64,000 nucleotides of DNA from the NCBI GenBank assembly GCA_014381945.1, contig JACNKQ010000036.1:14739-78738 (forward strand), in the 5' to 3' direction. Origin of the DNA: Actinomycetota bacterium (GTDB taxonomy: Bacteria; Actinomycetota; Acidimicrobiia; Acidimicrobiales; MedAcidi-G1). Below, one piece after another: positions 45,294-56,862 of this stretch; the stretch's first letter is position 1, and the number at the start of each line of letters is the position of its first letter. The translations under genes were made by a program, and so were the position numbers. The notes beneath the pieces were generated by a model. That model searched no databases. It saw nothing but the letters and a program-made list of their open reading frames with translations, and had not been told where the DNA came from.

Positions 45294-45803
45294 TCAGGCG
45301 TCCTCGTCGAGGACGGCCAGGGCGACGCGGCCCGTGCGCTGCAGTTCGACGATGCCGAAGGGGCGCAACAGGTTCTCGAACTCGTCGATCCGCTTCGGCG
45401 GGCCGACCAGGGACAGCATCATGCGGTCGGCGCCCACCGACAGCACCTTGCCGCCGGCCCGGTCGAGCTGCTCGACGAGTTCGTCCCGACGGTCCGGCTC
45501 GGCCTCGACGGTCACGATCATGAGCTCGCGTTCGACTGCGCTGCCGGGGTGGAGTTCCCGGATCTCGACCACGTTGACGAGCTTGTCGAGTTGCTTGACG
45601 ACCTGGTCCAGCGGCGCCGACTCGAGATCGACGACGATCGTGAGGCGGCTGAAGCGGTCGTCGTCGGTGGGCGCCACGGCCAGGGACTCGATATTGAAGC
45701 CGCGGCGTGCGAAAAGGCCGGCGACCCGGGCCAGCACCCCGGACTTGTTCTCGACCGTGACCACGAGCGTGTGGTACCGGTAGTCGGGTTCTGCGACGTT
45801 CAT
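45294..45803 (-). CDS. ilvN: acetolactate synthase small (regulatory) subunit
   Basis: 169-aa ORF with an ACT domain (HTLVVTVENKSGVLARVAGLFARRGFNIESL). ATGA overlap with the ilvB stop. Confidence 0.9.
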   Translation of the reverse strand: MNVAEPDYRYHTLVVTVENKSGVLARVAGLFARRGFNIESLAVAPTDDDRFSRLTIVVDLESAPLDQVVKQLDKLVNVVEIRELHPGSAVERELMIVTVEAEPDRRDELVEQLDRAGGKVLSVGADRMMLSLVGPPKRIDEFENLLRPFGIVELQRTGRVALAVLDEDA

Positions 45804-47542
45804 CGGGGCTGGTCCGCCTGCAAGGGGGGCACGACGAGGTCCGAGTTGGTGGCGCCGGAGGGCACCATCGGGTACACCTTCTCCTCGGCCATGACCCGGA
45901 AGTCGATGACGACCGGGCGGTCGTCGATCTCGTTGGCCTTGGTGATGGCGGCGTCGATCTCGTCAGGATCGTCGACGCGCATGGCCTCGCATCCCATGGA
46001 CTGCGCCCACATCTTGTAGTCGGGCACATCCTTCGACAGGAAGACCTCGGAGTAGCGCTCGTCGTAGAACATCTCCTGCCACTGCCGGACCATGCCCAGG
46101 TACGAATTGTTGAGCAGCGCCACCTTGATCGGGAACCCCTCGACGGTGGCGGTGACGAGCTCCTGGGCGGTCATCTGGAAGCAGCCGTCGCCGTCGATCG
46201 CCCAGACCATGCGGTCGGGCATGCCGGCCTTTGCGCCTATGGCCGCCGGGATGGCGTAGCCCATCGTGCCGAGGCCGCCTGAGTTGATCCAGGTGTAGGG
46301 GTGGTCGAAGTTCCAGTACTGGCTGGCCCACATCTGGTGCTGGCCGACGCCCGAGGCGACGATCGTGTCGTCGGGCGAGAGGTCGCGCAGGCGCTCGATG
46401 ACGTACTGGGGCTTGAGTGCCTGGCCGGGCACCCATGCCTCGTAGACCAACGGGAAGCGCTCCTGCCAGCCACTCACCCGCGAGCGCCAGGCAACCCGGT
46501 CGGCGTCGCCGAGGCCGTCCGCCTGCAACTCTGCGACCAGTGCCTCGATGGCGACGCGGCAGTCGCCCCGGATGGCGACATCGGCGCGGCGGACCTTGCC
46601 CAGTTCTGCACTGTCGATGTCGACGTGGACGATCCTGGCGTCGGGGGCGAAGCCGTCGAGGCGGCCGGTGACACGGTCGTCGAAGCGGGCCCCGAGGGCG
46701 ACGAGCAGGTCGGCCTCCTGCATGGCGGTGACGGCCGTGAAGTTGCCGTGCATGCCGGGCATGCCGAGGCACAGGTCGTGGCTGTCCGGGAAGGCGCCCC
46801 GGGCCATGAGCGTGGTGACGACGTGGATGCCCGTCAGCTCGGCGAGTTGACGCAGCGCCTCGGCGGCACGGGCCTTGAGGATGCCCCCGCCCACGTACAG
46901 GACCGGGCGCTCGGCGGACCGGATCAGGTCGGCGGCAGCGGCGATGTCGGCTTTGTCTACCCCGGTGTCCGGGTTGTAGCCCGGGAGGTCCATCTCGATG
47001 TCGTCCGACCACTCCATCGCCGAGGCGGGGTTGCCGGGGTCGACGATGTCCTTGGGGATGTCGACCAGCACCGGGCCCGGACGGCCCGTGGTGGCTATGT
47101 GGAAGGCCTCCTTGACGACGCGTGGGATGTCCTGCGCCTCGGTGACGAGGAAGTTGTGCTTGGTGACCGACATGGTGATGCCGGTCGTGTCGCACTCCTG
47201 GAAGGCATCGGTGCCGATTGCGCCCACAGGGACCTGTCCGGTGATGCAGACCATCGGCACGGAGTCGAGGTGGGCGTCGCACAGGGCGGTGACGGCGTTG
47301 GTGGCGCCGGGCCCGCTGGTGACCATGAGGACCCCGGGCCTGCCGGTGGCATGCGCATAGCCGGATGCCATGTGGCCGGCGCCCTGCTCGTGGCGGACCA
47401 GGACGTGGCGGATCGACGAGTCGATGAGCGGGTCGTAGACCGGGAGGATCGCCCCGCCGGGCAACCCGAACAGCAGGTCGACGCCCTCGTTCTCGAGGGC
47501 CCTGATCAGCGCCTGACCGCCGTCCATGGGTGTCGTCGTCAT
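45800..47542 (-). CDS. ilvB: acetolactate synthase large subunit
   Basis: ATG 47542 (MTTTPMDGGQALIRALENEGVDLLFGLPGGAILPVYD...). The ThDP motif ...GGLGTMGYAIPAAIGAK... is present. About 580 aa. Confidence 0.9.
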   Translation of the reverse strand: MTTTPMDGGQALIRALENEGVDLLFGLPGGAILPVYDPLIDSSIRHVLVRHEQGAGHMASGYAHATGRPGVLMVTSGPGATNAVTALCDAHLDSVPMVCITGQVPVGAIGTDAFQECDTTGITMSVTKHNFLVTEAQDIPRVVKEAFHIATTGRPGPVLVDIPKDIVDPGNPASAMEWSDDIEMDLPGYNPDTGVDKADIAAAADLIRSAERPVLYVGGGILKARAAEALRQLAELTGIHVVTTLMARGAFPDSHDLCLGMPGMHGNFTAVTAMQEADLLVALGARFDDRVTGRLDGFAPDARIVHVDIDSAELGKVRRADVAIRGDCRVAIEALVAELQADGLGDADRVAWRSRVSGWQERFPLVYEAWVPGQALKPQYVIERLRDLSPDDTIVASGVGQHQMWASQYWNFDHPYTWINSGGLGTMGYAIPAAIGAKAGMPDRMVWAIDGDGCFQMTAQELVTATVEGFPIKVALLNNSYLGMVRQWQEMFYDERYSEVFLSKDVPDYKMWAQSMGCEAMRVDDPDEIDAAITKANEIDDRPVVIDFRVMAEEKVYPMVPSGATNSDLVVPPLQADQPR

Positions 47543-47590
47543 GTGTCCTGCTGAAGGTGGTCGGGAGGGGTGGGATACGTGCTCGGCAAC

Positions 47591-47630
47591 CGTGCCGAAA
47601 AAGCGAACGACCTCCCGCAACGGGAGGTCG
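47591..47630 (-). terminator. hairpin plus U-tract in the ilvB leader (candidate attenuator, or ilvD terminator)
   Basis: mRNA CGACCUCCCG-UUG-CGGGAGGUCG forms a perfect 10-bp stem (47630-47608). It is followed by UUCGCUUUUUCGG. It lies about 55 nt upstream of the ilvB ATG and 113 nt after the ilvD stop. Confidence 0.45.
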
Positions 47631-47742
47631 GTGGCACGCGGACGGTGGGTCCGGTGCCTACCGCAGTACCCGTACCTCGTGCGCCGTGCTCATGGCTGAC
47701 AAGTATCGCCGGGCGGTGGACCGGCGACAACCTGCACGACTT

Positions 47743-49446
47743 CTACGCCCGGGTGACGGCGCCCTGGTCGGCGCCCTGGGCGAGGGCGGCGTACTTGGCG
47801 AGGAAGCCGGACGTGTAGCGGGGCTCGAAGGGCTTGAGGTCGGCCCGCCGCTCGGCCAGCTCGTCCTCGTCGACCATCAGGTCGATGGTGTGGGAGGGCA
47901 CGTCTATGACGATGCGGTCGCCCTCGGCGATGAGGGCGATGGGTCCGCCGTCGACGGCTTCGGGGGCGACGTGGCCGACGCAGAAGCCGTGTGTGCCACC
48001 TGAGAAGCGGCCGTCGGTGATGAGCGCCGCATCTCCGCCACGGCCGGCGCCCTTCATGGCGCCGGTGATGGCGAGCATCTCGCGCATGCCGGGGCCGCCC
48101 TTGGGTCCCTCGTAGCGGATGACGACGATGTCGCCGGCCTCGATCTCGTCTGCCAGCACGGCGGCCATGGCGGCGTCTTCGCCGTCGAACACCCGGGCTC
48201 GACCATCGAAGTAGTCGACGTCGAGGCCGGCCACCTTGACCACGGCCCCCTGTGGGGCCAGCGAACCGGAGAGCACGGCGATACCGCCGATGTCGTGGAT
48301 GGGGTCGTCGAAGGCGTGGATGACCTCGCCGTCGGGGGCGGGCGGGTCGAGCAGCACCAGGTTCTCGGCGACGGTGCGGCCGGTGACGGTGACCTCGTCG
48401 CCGTGCAGGAGGCCCTCGTCGAGGAGCATCTGCATCACGACCGGCACACCGCCGATGCGGTCGATGTCGACCATGTGGTAGGCGCCGTGCGGCTTGGTGT
48501 CGGCGAGGTGCGGCACCCGGGCGGCGATCCGGTTGAAGTCGTCGAGTTCGAGGGCCACGCCGGCCTCGAAGGCGATCGCCAGCAGGTGCAGCACGGCGTT
48601 GGTGGAACCCCCCAGCGCCATGACGACGGCGATGGCATTTTCGAATGCGGCCATGCTCATGATCTGGCGGGGCCGGATGTCCTGGCGGATCAACTGCATG
48701 ACGGCGGTACCGCTGGCGTAGGCGCTGTCGCCACGGCGGCCGTCGATTGCGGCGGCCGATGCCGAACCCGGCAGCGACATACCGATCGCCTCCCCCACGG
48801 CCGCCATGGTGTTGGCGGTGAACATGCCGGCGCAGGCGCCGATGGTCGGGCAGGCGGCACGCTCGATGGCGAGCAGCTCGTCGTCGTCGATGCCGCCCAC
48901 GGCGTGGGCGCCGACGGCCTCGAAGACGCTGACCACATCGAGCTTCTGGCCGCCGTGTTCGCCCGGCATGATCGAGCCGCCGTACACGAACACCGATGGC
49001 AGGTTTATGCGGGCGGCTGCCATGAGCATCCCGGGCAGGGACTTGTCGCAGCCGGCGAAGCTGACGAATGCGTCGAAACGCTCGGCGTGCATGACCGCCT
49101 CGACCGAGTCGGCGATGATCTCGCGGCTGACGAGGCTGGCGCGCATTCCCTCGTGGCCCATCGAGATGCCGTCGCTGACGGCGATGGTGTTGAACTCCAT
49201 GGGGAAGCCGCCGGCGGCGGTGACGCCCTCCTTGCAGCGCCCGGCGAGCGCCCCGAGGGGCATGTTGCAGGGAGTGACCTCGTTCCACGACGAGGCGACG
49301 CCGACCTGGGCCTTGCCGAAGTCGTCCTCGGTCATGCCGACGGCACGCAGCATGGCCCGGGCGGGTGCGCGGCTGTCACCGTCTGTGACCTCGTGCGAGC
49401 GGGGCTTCATGTTGGGCGAGGTCGGTGGGTTCGTGGAGTCACTCAT
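47743..49446 (-). CDS. ilvD: dihydroxy-acid dehydratase
   Basis: ATG 49446 (alternative 49410). Contains ...[25 protein letters not shown]...[10 protein letters not shown]...CDKSLPG... Confidence 0.9.
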   Translation of the reverse strand: MSDSTNPPTSPNMKPRSHEVTDGDSRAPARAMLRAVGMTEDDFGKAQVGVASSWNEVTPCNMPLGALAGRCKEGVTAAGGFPMEFNTIAVSDGISMGHEGMRASLVSREIIADSVEAVMHAERFDAFVSFAGCDKSLPGMLMAAARINLPSVFVYGGSIMPGEHGGQKLDVVSVFEAVGAHAVGGIDDDELLAIERAACPTIGACAGMFTANTMAAVGEAIGMSLPGSASAAAIDGRRGDSAYASGTAVMQLIRQDIRPRQIMSMAAFENAIAVVMALGGSTNAVLHLLAIAFEAGVALELDDFNRIAARVPHLADTKPHGAYHMVDIDRIGGVPVVMQMLLDEGLLHGDEVTVTGRTVAENLVLLDPPAPDGEVIHAFDDPIHDIGGIAVLSGSLAPQGAVVKVAGLDVDYFDGRARVFDGEDAAMAAVLADEIEAGDIVVIRYEGPKGGPGMREMLAITGAMKGAGRGGDAALITDGRFSGGTHGFCVGHVAPEAVDGGPIALIAEGDRIVIDVPSHTIDLMVDEDELAERRADLKPFEPRYTSGFLAKYAALAQGADQGAVTRA

Positions 49447-49504
49447 GGCCTGCAGGCTAGGGGCGGGCAGGGGCCGTGGCATCGGCGGGGCCTACGATCC
49501 CAAC

Positions 49505-50809
49505 GTGCGTCCGGTCGATCGAGAACTGCTGCGGCTGGCGGTCCCGGCGCTGGGTGCGCTGCTCGCCGAGCCGCTCTACGTGCTGGCCGACACGGCGGTG
49601 GTCGGGCACCTTGGAACGTCGGAGCTGGGCGGTCTGGCGGTCGCCTCGGCTGCACTGCTGTTCGGCTACGGGCTGTGTGTGTTCCTCGCCTACGGGACGA
49701 CGGCGGCGGTCGCCCGGCTGACCGGCGCCGGGCTGGACCGCAGGGCCGCCCACCAGGCGGTGCAGGGGCTCTGGCTGGCACTGGGGCTCGGCGTGGTGCT
49801 GGCGGTGCTGGGCGCCGTGTTCGACGGTCCCCTGCTGCGCCTGCTGGGGGCCGAGGGCGACGTCCTGGACCAGGCAGGCACCTATTTCAGGATCAGCCTG
49901 CTGGGAACACCGGCGATGCTGATGATGCTGGCGGGTGTCGGCTACCTGCGGGGAGTCAAGGACACGGTCCGCCCGCTGTGGGTGGCGGCCGGCACGGCCG
50001 TTGTGAACCTGGTGCTCGAGGTTGTCCTCATCTACGGGTTCGACCGGGGCATCGGGGCTTCTGCGGCGGCGACGGTCGTGGCCCAGTGGCTGGGTGCCGG
50101 CTGCTACCTGGCGTGGATCAGCCGCGGGGTCCGGCGCCTCGACGTGTCGCTGGCGCCGGACGTGCGGGTCATAGGTCGCCTGCTCGGTGTGAGCGCCGAG
50201 CTCATGGTCCGAAACCTGTCCCTGACCGGCACGTTCCTCGTCGCCACGGCGGCGGCGACCCGGATCGGCGTCGTGGACGTGGCCGCCCACCAGGTGGCGT
50301 TCCAGGTCTGGGTGGTGCTGGCACTGTCGATGGATGCCGTGGCGATCGCCGCCCAGGCGGTGGTCGGCAACCTGCTGGGTGCCGACGACCCGGACGGCGC
50401 CCGGGCGGTGGGGAGGCGCGTCATCGGCTGGTCGATCGCCATCGGCGCCGTGCTGGGTGGGGTGATCGCCGCCTCGCACGGGGTGCTGGGCCGGGTGTTC
50501 TCGGCGGACGAGGCAGTGGTCGCCCTGGCGGGCTTCCTGCTGCTGCACGTGGGGCTCATGGCGCCGCTTTCCGGGGTGGCGTTCGCCCTCGACGGGATCC
50601 TCATCGGTGCCGGCGACCAGCGGTTCCTGGCGTGGGCGATGACCGGCGCCGCAGCAGTGGCGGTGCCGGTGATGGTGGCGACCCGGCTGGCGGACCTCGG
50701 GATCGGACCGCTGTGGGCCGGCATCTGGGCATTCATGGTTGTTCGGGGGATCAGCCTGTGGGCCCGCTTCCGCAGCGGCCGCTGGCAGGTCGTGGGTGCC
50801 GGAACCTGA
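49505..50809 (+). CDS. MATE family efflux transporter (DinF-like)
   Basis: GTG 49505 (VRPVDRELLRLAVPALGALLAEPLYVLADTAVVGHLG...). About 12 TM segments. Divergent from ilvD. Confidence 0.85.
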   Translation: MRPVDRELLRLAVPALGALLAEPLYVLADTAVVGHLGTSELGGLAVASAALLFGYGLCVFLAYGTTAAVARLTGAGLDRRAAHQAVQGLWLALGLGVVLAVLGAVFDGPLLRLLGAEGDVLDQAGTYFRISLLGTPAMLMMLAGVGYLRGVKDTVRPLWVAAGTAVVNLVLEVVLIYGFDRGIGASAAATVVAQWLGAGCYLAWISRGVRRLDVSLAPDVRVIGRLLGVSAELMVRNLSLTGTFLVATAAATRIGVVDVAAHQVAFQVWVVLALSMDAVAIAAQAVVGNLLGADDPDGARAVGRRVIGWSIAIGAVLGGVIAASHGVLGRVFSADEAVVALAGFLLLHVGLMAPLSGVAFALDGILIGAGDQRFLAWAMTGAAAVAVPVMVATRLADLGIGPLWAGIWAFMVVRGISLWARFRSGRWQVVGAGT

Positions 50810-50832
50810 TCCGGCGACGGCGAACCTCGGGG

Positions 50833-51618
50833 TCAGCCCCCCAGCACCACCGAGGGGTCGGGGACGAGGTGGCGGGCCAGCCACTGGAAGGTCCGCCAGC
50901 CGATGGTGTCGCACCCGAGGGTGCCGGCGACGGCCTTGGCGGCGTCGTCGGAGATCGGCACGGCGTCGGGGGCCTTGACGTGGACCTCGGCGACCCGTTC
51001 GGCCAGTGCGAACAGCCCGACCGCCTCCCCGGGTGATGCTCCACCGGTGAGGAGCCCGTGGTTGCGCAGGATGCACAGGTGGGTGGCGCCCATGGCCCGG
51101 GCGATCGCACGTCCGCCGTCGAGGGCGGTTACCTCGAGGTCCTCGCCCCGGTAGATCGACTGGTCGTAGACGAACACGCACGACTCCTGCGAGATCGGCT
51201 GGAAGGGCCGCACGTTGGCAGACCATGGTGTACCGAATGCGGTGTGGGTGTGCGCCGCCGAGACCAGGTCGGGGCGGGCGTCGAGGATCGGCCAGTGGAT
51301 GTTGTGTGCGGCGTAGTTGATGCCGCCCCCGGAATGCCCTTCGACGACCGATCCGTCGGGCCCGACCAGCGAGAGGTTTTCGATCGTGGCCGCCCAGAAC
51401 GGAATTCCGTGGGCGAGCACCCAGAAGTGGTCGGGGCGTTCGGGGTCGCGGGCGGTGATGTGGCCGTCACCCAGCTGGCCCCAGCGCATCGCAGAGAAGA
51501 TGCGGTACCCGATGGCTACCTCCCACCTGCGCAGGAGCCGCATCTCGGCAGGGTCGACGGGTGCCGGCGGGTCGACCTCGTAGCCCATCTCGGGGTAGCG
51601 GCCGAGGTCGAGCGCCAT
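50833..51618 (-). CDS. class II aldolase/adducin family protein
   Basis: 261-aa ORF (...GDGHITARDPE...HTHTAFGTPWS...LRNHGLLTGG...). Confidence 0.8.
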   Translation of the reverse strand: MALDLGRYPEMGYEVDPPAPVDPAEMRLLRRWEVAIGYRIFSAMRWGQLGDGHITARDPERPDHFWVLAHGIPFWAATIENLSLVGPDGSVVEGHSGGGINYAAHNIHWPILDARPDLVSAAHTHTAFGTPWSANVRPFQPISQESCVFVYDQSIYRGEDLEVTALDGGRAIARAMGATHLCILRNHGLLTGGASPGEAVGLFALAERVAEVHVKAPDAVPISDDAAKAVAGTLGCDTIGWRTFQWLARHLVPDPSVVLGG

Positions 51619-51620
51619 GG

Positions 51621-53066
51621 TCAGGCTCCCTGTCCATCGGCCCGCTGGGCCAGCAGCTCGTTGACGATCCGGCCGTCGGCCTGGCCCCGGGTGGCCTTCA
51701 TGACCTGGCCGACGAAGAAGCCGGCCTTTTTCCTGCGTTCCTTGTCGTCGCCACCGACGAATCCGTCCCAGTCGTCGGGGTGTTGGGCGATGATCCGGTC
51801 GACCAGGGCTTCGAGTTCCGAGGTGTCCATTGCCTCGAAGCCGTGGGCGGCAGCGTGCGCTGCGGGGTCGCCGCCGGAGGCGACGAGGTCGGCGAGCACG
51901 GTCTTGGCCTGGGTGGCGGTGAGGTCACCGCCGGTCTCCATCGCCACGAGCGCAGCAAACGGGGCGGCGGTCAGTTCTCCGGCGCCGTCGGCGAGGTTGT
52001 TCTCGACGTGGACCAGAACCCGTTCGGCGTCGGCTCCTGCGGCGATGGCGTCGACCGCCAGGTCGTCCATCCCCCGTTGGACGGTGAGCGCCGTGTCAGA
52101 AGGCTCGACGCCGGCGGCATCGGCCAGGCGCCGGCGCCGCTCGCGGGGCAGCATCGGCAGGGCGGCACGGATCTCGGCGATCCACTCCTCGGAGGGTTCG
52201 ACGGGCACCAGGTCGGGTTCGGGGAAGTAGCGGTAGTCGTAGGCCTCTTCTTTTGAGCGGAGCTTGTGGGTGCGTCCGTCGTCCTCGTTCCAGTGGCGGG
52301 TCTGCTGTTGGACCCGTTCGCCCGACTCGAGGAGGTCGACCTGGCGCCGGGCCTCGTATTCGATGGCGCGGCCCATGGACCGCAGCGAGTTGATGTTCTT
52401 GACCTCGCAGCGGGTGCCGAGTTCGGTGGTGCCCTGGCGTCGCACCGAGACGTTGCAGTCGACCCGCATCGATCCCTCCTCCATCTTCCCGTCGGATGCG
52501 CCGATGGCGACGAGGATGGACCGCAGCTCTGACACGTAGGCCCGGGCGTCTTCGGCGCCTCGCATGTCGGGGGCGCTGACGATTTCGATGAGCGGCACGC
52601 CGGACCGGTTGTAGTCGATGAGCGAATGGCCGGCTTCGTGGATGCGACCACCGCCGCCCACGTGCGTGGACTTGCCGGTGTCCTCCTCGAGGTGTGCCCG
52701 TTCGATGCCGATGCGGCGGCCGTCGGGCAGTTCGAGGCTGCCGATGCCGTTGATCGGGAGGTCGTACTGCGATATCTGGAAGTCCTTTGGCATGTCCGGG
52801 TAAAAGTAGTTCTTGCGGGAGAACACGGACGGCTGGATCACGCAGTCGAGTGCCAGGCCGACGCGGATTGCCAACTCGACGGCCTTTTCGTTGAGCACCG
52901 GCAGCGAGCCGGGTAGGCCCAGCGACACGGGGTCGATGTTGGTGTTGGGCTCGCCGCCGAACCGGTTGAGTGCCGAGGAGAACATCTTGGTGACGGTGGC
53001 CAGCTCGGCGTGGACCTCGAGGCCGATCACGACCTCCCATCCCGGGATCAGGGCCTGGTCGCTCAT
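51621..53066 (-). CDS. gatB: Asp-tRNA(Asn)/Glu-tRNA(Gln) amidotransferase subunit B
   Basis: 481-aa ORF ([21 protein letters not shown]...). ATGA overlap with the gatA stop. Confidence 0.95.
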   Translation of the reverse strand: MSDQALIPGWEVVIGLEVHAELATVTKMFSSALNRFGGEPNTNIDPVSLGLPGSLPVLNEKAVELAIRVGLALDCVIQPSVFSRKNYFYPDMPKDFQISQYDLPINGIGSLELPDGRRIGIERAHLEEDTGKSTHVGGGGRIHEAGHSLIDYNRSGVPLIEIVSAPDMRGAEDARAYVSELRSILVAIGASDGKMEEGSMRVDCNVSVRRQGTTELGTRCEVKNINSLRSMGRAIEYEARRQVDLLESGERVQQQTRHWNEDDGRTHKLRSKEEAYDYRYFPEPDLVPVEPSEEWIAEIRAALPMLPRERRRRLADAAGVEPSDTALTVQRGMDDLAVDAIAAGADAERVLVHVENNLADGAGELTAAPFAALVAMETGGDLTATQAKTVLADLVASGGDPAAHAAAHGFEAMDTSELEALVDRIIAQHPDDWDGFVGGDDKERRKKAGFFVGQVMKATRGQADGRIVNELLAQRADGQGA

Positions 53067-54505
53067 GGCGCCGTCCCTTCGAGCACAGCGGCCGCCCGGA
53101 ACATGGTGGCCTCGGCGAGTGCGGGTGCCAGGACCTGCACTCCTACCGGCAGGCCGTCGTCGCCCGTTCCGAACGGCACGGACATGGCCGGATGGCCGGC
53201 GAGGTTCGACGGGATCGTGCAGACGTCGGCGAGGTACATGAGCATCGGGTCGTCGGTCTTGTCGCCGAGGGGGAACGCCGTGGTCGGGGCGGTCGGCGAC
53301 AGCAGCAGGTCGAAGGATTCATAGGCCCGGGAGAAGTCACGCTGGATCAGGGTGCGGACCTTCTGGGACCTGCCGTAGTAGGCGTCGTAGTAGCCGGCCG
53401 ACAGGGCGTAGGTGCCGAGCATGATGCGGCGCTTGACCTCGTCGCCGAAGCCGGCGGTGCGGGTGGCGGTGTTCATCTCGGGGGCGGTGTCGGCGTCGAC
53501 CCGCAGGCCGAAGCGGACGCCGTCGAAGCGGGCCAGGTTGGACGAGGCCTCGGCGGGGGCGATCAGGTAGTAGGCGGACAGGCCGTAGATGGTCGACGGC
53601 ACAGAGGCGTGCTCGACGGTGGCGCCGGCGGCCGCCAACGCCTCGGCGGCCTGTTCGACCCTGGCCCTTACGTCTTCGGCGATGCCCTCGACGGAGGCTG
53701 CCTGGTCGGGTCCGCCCATGAGCTCGGAGATGATGCCGATGCGCAGTCCCTCGACGCCCTGTCCGAGGACTCCGAGCAGGTCGGGGGAAGCCTCTGGGAT
53801 CGATGTGGAATCGCGGGGGTCGTGGCCGCCGATGGCTTCGAGAAGCAGGGCGGCGTCCTCGACGGAGGCGGCGAACGGGCCGACCTGGTCGAGGCTGGAG
53901 CCGAAGGCCACGAGCCCGTAACGGGAGACCCGGCCGTAGGTGGGCTTGACCCCGACGGTGCCGCAGAGGGCTGCCGGCTGGCGGATGGAGCCGCCTGTGT
54001 CGCTTCCGAGGGCAAGCGGTGCGAACCCTGCGGCCACGGCGGCCGCCGAGCCACCGGACGACCCGCCGGGTACCCGGCTGGTGTCGAGCGGGTTGCGGGT
54101 CGGGCCGAAGGCGGAGTTCTCTGTCGAGCTGCCCATGGCGAACTCGTCGCAGTTGGTCTTGCCGATGACGACGGCGCCGGCTGCGACGAGGCGTTCGACG
54201 GCGGTGGCGTCGTACGGCGGGCGCCAGCCCTCGAGGATCCTCGAACCACACGTGGTGTCGATGCCCCGCGTGCAGAGGTTGTCCTTGAGGGCGACCGGCA
54301 CGCCGGCCAGTGGGCCGGGGTCCTCGCCCTCTGCGATGCGCCGGTCGACGTCGTCGGCCTGTGTGAGGGCCTCGTCGGCCATCACCAGGTTGAAGGCGTG
54401 GATCTCGTCCTCACGGGCGTCGATGGCGGCCAGGTGTTCCTCGACCACCGAGCGGGCGCTGCGCTCGCCGGCCCTGACGGCGTCTGCGGTGGATCGGGCG
54501 CTCAC
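53063..54505 (-). CDS. gatA: Asp-tRNA(Asn)/Glu-tRNA(Gln) amidotransferase subunit A
   Basis: GTG 54505 overlaps the gatC stop (GTGA). The amidase signature ...[32 protein letters not shown]... is present. Confidence 0.95.
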   Translation of the reverse strand: MSARSTADAVRAGERSARSVVEEHLAAIDAREDEIHAFNLVMADEALTQADDVDRRIAEGEDPGPLAGVPVALKDNLCTRGIDTTCGSRILEGWRPPYDATAVERLVAAGAVVIGKTNCDEFAMGSSTENSAFGPTRNPLDTSRVPGGSSGGSAAAVAAGFAPLALGSDTGGSIRQPAALCGTVGVKPTYGRVSRYGLVAFGSSLDQVGPFAASVEDAALLLEAIGGHDPRDSTSIPEASPDLLGVLGQGVEGLRIGIISELMGGPDQAASVEGIAEDVRARVEQAAEALAAAGATVEHASVPSTIYGLSAYYLIAPAEASSNLARFDGVRFGLRVDADTAPEMNTATRTAGFGDEVKRRIMLGTYALSAGYYDAYYGRSQKVRTLIQRDFSRAYESFDLLLSPTAPTTAFPLGDKTDDPMLMYLADVCTIPSNLAGHPAMSVPFGTGDDGLPVGVQVLAPALAEATMFRAAAVLEGTAP

Positions 54506-54825
54506 GGCGCCTCTCCGAGCACCGGCGGGACCCGGAATCGGCCGTCCTCGACCGAAGGTGCGGCGTCGAGTACCTCTGCGCGGATGTCGGCTCTGGTTCC
54601 CGGTTCGGGCTCGTCCAACCGCAGCACGTTGACGAGGGGCAACGGGTTGGCCATCGGCGGCACACCGTCCAGGTCGAGCGCCTCGAGGTCGGCTGCGTGG
54701 TCGAGCACGTCGGCCAGCTGCCCGGTGAATGCGTCGAGTTCGTCGTCGGTCAGCGCCAGGCGCGCCAGGTCCGCCACGTGGGCGACGTCTTCCCGGTTGA
54801 GGCGCGGCTTCTCGGGCATGGTCAC
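54502..54825 (-). CDS. gatC: Asp-tRNA(Asn)/Glu-tRNA(Gln) amidotransferase subunit C
   Basis: 107-aa ORF (...[27 protein letters not shown]...). Start is GTG 54825 or ATG 54819. Confidence 0.9.
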   Translation of the reverse strand: MTMPEKPRLNREDVAHVADLARLALTDDELDAFTGQLADVLDHAADLEALDLDGVPPMANPLPLVNVLRLDEPEPGTRADIRAEVLDAAPSVEDGRFRVPPVLGEAP

Positions 54826-54855
54826 GGCAGTGAGGGTAGGGCCACGTCCGGCGAG

Positions 54856-56787
54856 TCAGTCGACCGGGTCGTCGGGGCTCTCCGAGCCGTCGACGGGCGT
54901 TTCGGCACCTTCGAGGACCAGGACGACCCGTTCGACCGGTGATGCCTCGTCGCCGGCGATCGGGGTCTGCGAGGCGACAGTTCCGCCCTCCTGTCCGTCT
55001 GTCGGTCCAACGACCTCGATGATCCGGAAGCCGGCGGCGGCCAGGCGGGCCTCGGCGGCTACCAGCTCGCGGCCGACCACGTTCGGGACGGGTCGAGGGA
55101 CAGGCCCGGTCGACACGACGACCTCTATTGCCGCACCGAACGGCACCTCCTCGTCGGGGGCCGGGGTGAGCGAAACGACGGCGCCCGCTGCCACAAACTC
55201 GTCGTGGGCCTCCACGATCGTCGCCTCGAGGCCGAGGGCGGTCAGGGCGGCAACGGCCTCCTCGGCGGAGCCCTCGACGAGTCCGACCGGCACGGTGCGG
55301 GGTGCAGCACCGGCGGAGACGATCAGGTCCACGCCCCCGCCCCTGGGCAGCTCGTCGACCACGGCGGCCACCTGGAGGACGATCCCCGCCTCGACCTCGT
55401 CGTCGTGGGCCTCGGCGACCGTGCCGACCGTCAGGTCGGCGGCCTCGAGCAGCCGGGTGGCCTCGGGGATGCTCAGCCCCACGAGCCCGGTCGGTACGGC
55501 CACCCGGGTGGAGCCCAGGGAGACGACGAGGACGACCGTCCCGCCCTCCTCGAGCTCGGCGCCCCTGTCGGGTTCGGTGGCGATCACCTTGCCCTCGAGG
55601 GTGCCGTCCCGTCGTTCGTAGCGGAGTTCGACCACCCAGCCGGACTCCTCGACCGTGGCGACGGCATCCGCCTCGTCGACACCCCTGAGGAGCGGCATCA
55701 GGGCGGTCGAGTCCTGGCTGCCCTGCCAGAGCGCTGCGCCTCCGAGGACGGCGCCGACCACCATCAGGCCGGCCACCAGCACCCACGGGGCCCGCCGGCT
55801 GGGGCCGACTGTCTTTTCCTGTCTCGGTTCCGATGGGGCCCTGGCCCTGGGTACGACCGGGACCTCGCCGGAAAGCGGGGCGGCGCCGATCTCTCCGGGG
55901 CCGACGAGCGGGAGGGGCTCGGGCCGCAGCAGGCCGGTCGATGCATCGAGGAGCATCTGTCCGAACTCGGCGGCGGTGGGACGGCGGTTCGGGTCTACGA
56001 CACCGGCCCGGGCCACGGCAGGGCCGAGGGGTCCCAACGATGCCGGTACGGGTACGTCCCGGCGGCGACGGGCACGCAGCGTGCCGACCAGGGTGTCCTC
56101 GACGAACGGCAGGTGGCCGGTCACGGACTCGACGAGCACCAGCGCCAGCGCGTAGACGTCGGAGCGGCCGTCGAGCGGCTGCCCCTTGGCCTGTTCAGGC
56201 GACGCGAAGCGGGCGGTGCCGACTATTCCCTCCACGAAGATGTCGGTCCGCGACGTCTCGGCCAGCGCACCCGCCAGTCCGAAGTCGGAGATCTTGAGGT
56301 GGCCGTCCTGGCTGAACAGCAGGTTGGCCGGCTTGAGGTCGCGGTGCACGACACCCATCTGGTGGGCGTGGTCGAGCGCCCGGCAGACGTCGAGGCCGAC
56401 GACGAGGGCCTGCGAGTGCGACAGGGTCCGGCCCGTGGCGAGAAGGCTGCGGAGGCTGCCACCGGCGAGGTACTCGGTGACTAGGTAGGCGGAGCCGTCG
56501 ACCCCCCAGTCGTAGACTGTGAGGATGTTGGGGTGCTGGAGGCCGGCGGCGATGCGGGCCTCCTCTCCGAGCTTGTCGACGAACACCGGGTCGCCGGCAA
56601 GGGCCTCGTGGAGCACCTTGACGGCGACGTGTCGTCCCAGGTCGAGGTCGTCGGCGGCGTAAACGGTGCCGGAGGCTCCGGTGCCGATCGCCCGGCCGAG
56701 GGCATAGCGGCCGCCGAGCACGCGGGCTGGAGGCTGGTCGGGCCCCGGCCCCGTCGGTCCTGAGTCCGGTGGGGATCCGTCGGTCAC
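54856..56787 (-). CDS. Ser/Thr protein kinase with a TM segment and about four C-terminal PASTA-like repeats
   Basis: 643-aa ORF with Hanks motifs [27 protein letters not shown] and SPEQ. It has one TM ([20 protein letters not shown]), followed by repeated PASTA-like modules of about 65 aa. Confidence 0.9.
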   Translation of the reverse strand: MTDGSPPDSGPTGPGPDQPPARVLGGRYALGRAIGTGASGTVYAADDLDLGRHVAVKVLHEALAGDPVFVDKLGEEARIAAGLQHPNILTVYDWGVDGSAYLVTEYLAGGSLRSLLATGRTLSHSQALVVGLDVCRALDHAHQMGVVHRDLKPANLLFSQDGHLKISDFGLAGALAETSRTDIFVEGIVGTARFASPEQAKGQPLDGRSDVYALALVLVESVTGHLPFVEDTLVGTLRARRRRDVPVPASLGPLGPAVARAGVVDPNRRPTAAEFGQMLLDASTGLLRPEPLPLVGPGEIGAAPLSGEVPVVPRARAPSEPRQEKTVGPSRRAPWVLVAGLMVVGAVLGGAALWQGSQDSTALMPLLRGVDEADAVATVEESGWVVELRYERRDGTLEGKVIATEPDRGAELEEGGTVVLVVSLGSTRVAVPTGLVGLSIPEATRLLEAADLTVGTVAEAHDDEVEAGIVLQVAAVVDELPRGGGVDLIVSAGAAPRTVPVGLVEGSAEEAVAALTALGLEATIVEAHDEFVAAGAVVSLTPAPDEEVPFGAAIEVVVSTGPVPRPVPNVVGRELVAAEARLAAAGFRIIEVVGPTDGQEGGTVASQTPIAGDEASPVERVVLVLEGAETPVDGSESPDDPVD

Positions 56788-56862
56788 GGCGGCGAGGCTA
56801 CCTGTACTCGGCCGGCAGGTTGGTCGCAGGCAGCTGGTCTACGTGAGACCAACAGGTGACAC

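Noticed and set aside
44806-46029. ORFs translating the 9-bp repeat as (PFG/PFD)n on the minus strand, and as (GRK)n / (ERV,AEG)n on the plus strand (44241..46019, 45199..45783)
   Set aside because: The repetitive peptide is only the period-9 array read in frame. The flanking translation is not protein-like and overlaps ilvC/ilvN.
48295-51036. 913-aa plus-strand ORF spanning ilvD, the divergent spacer and the MATE gene (also 53192..55621 +, 809 aa, over gatA/gatC)
   Set aside because: Not protein-like (runs of G/R/P/A). It overlaps well-supported genes on the other strand or in another frame.
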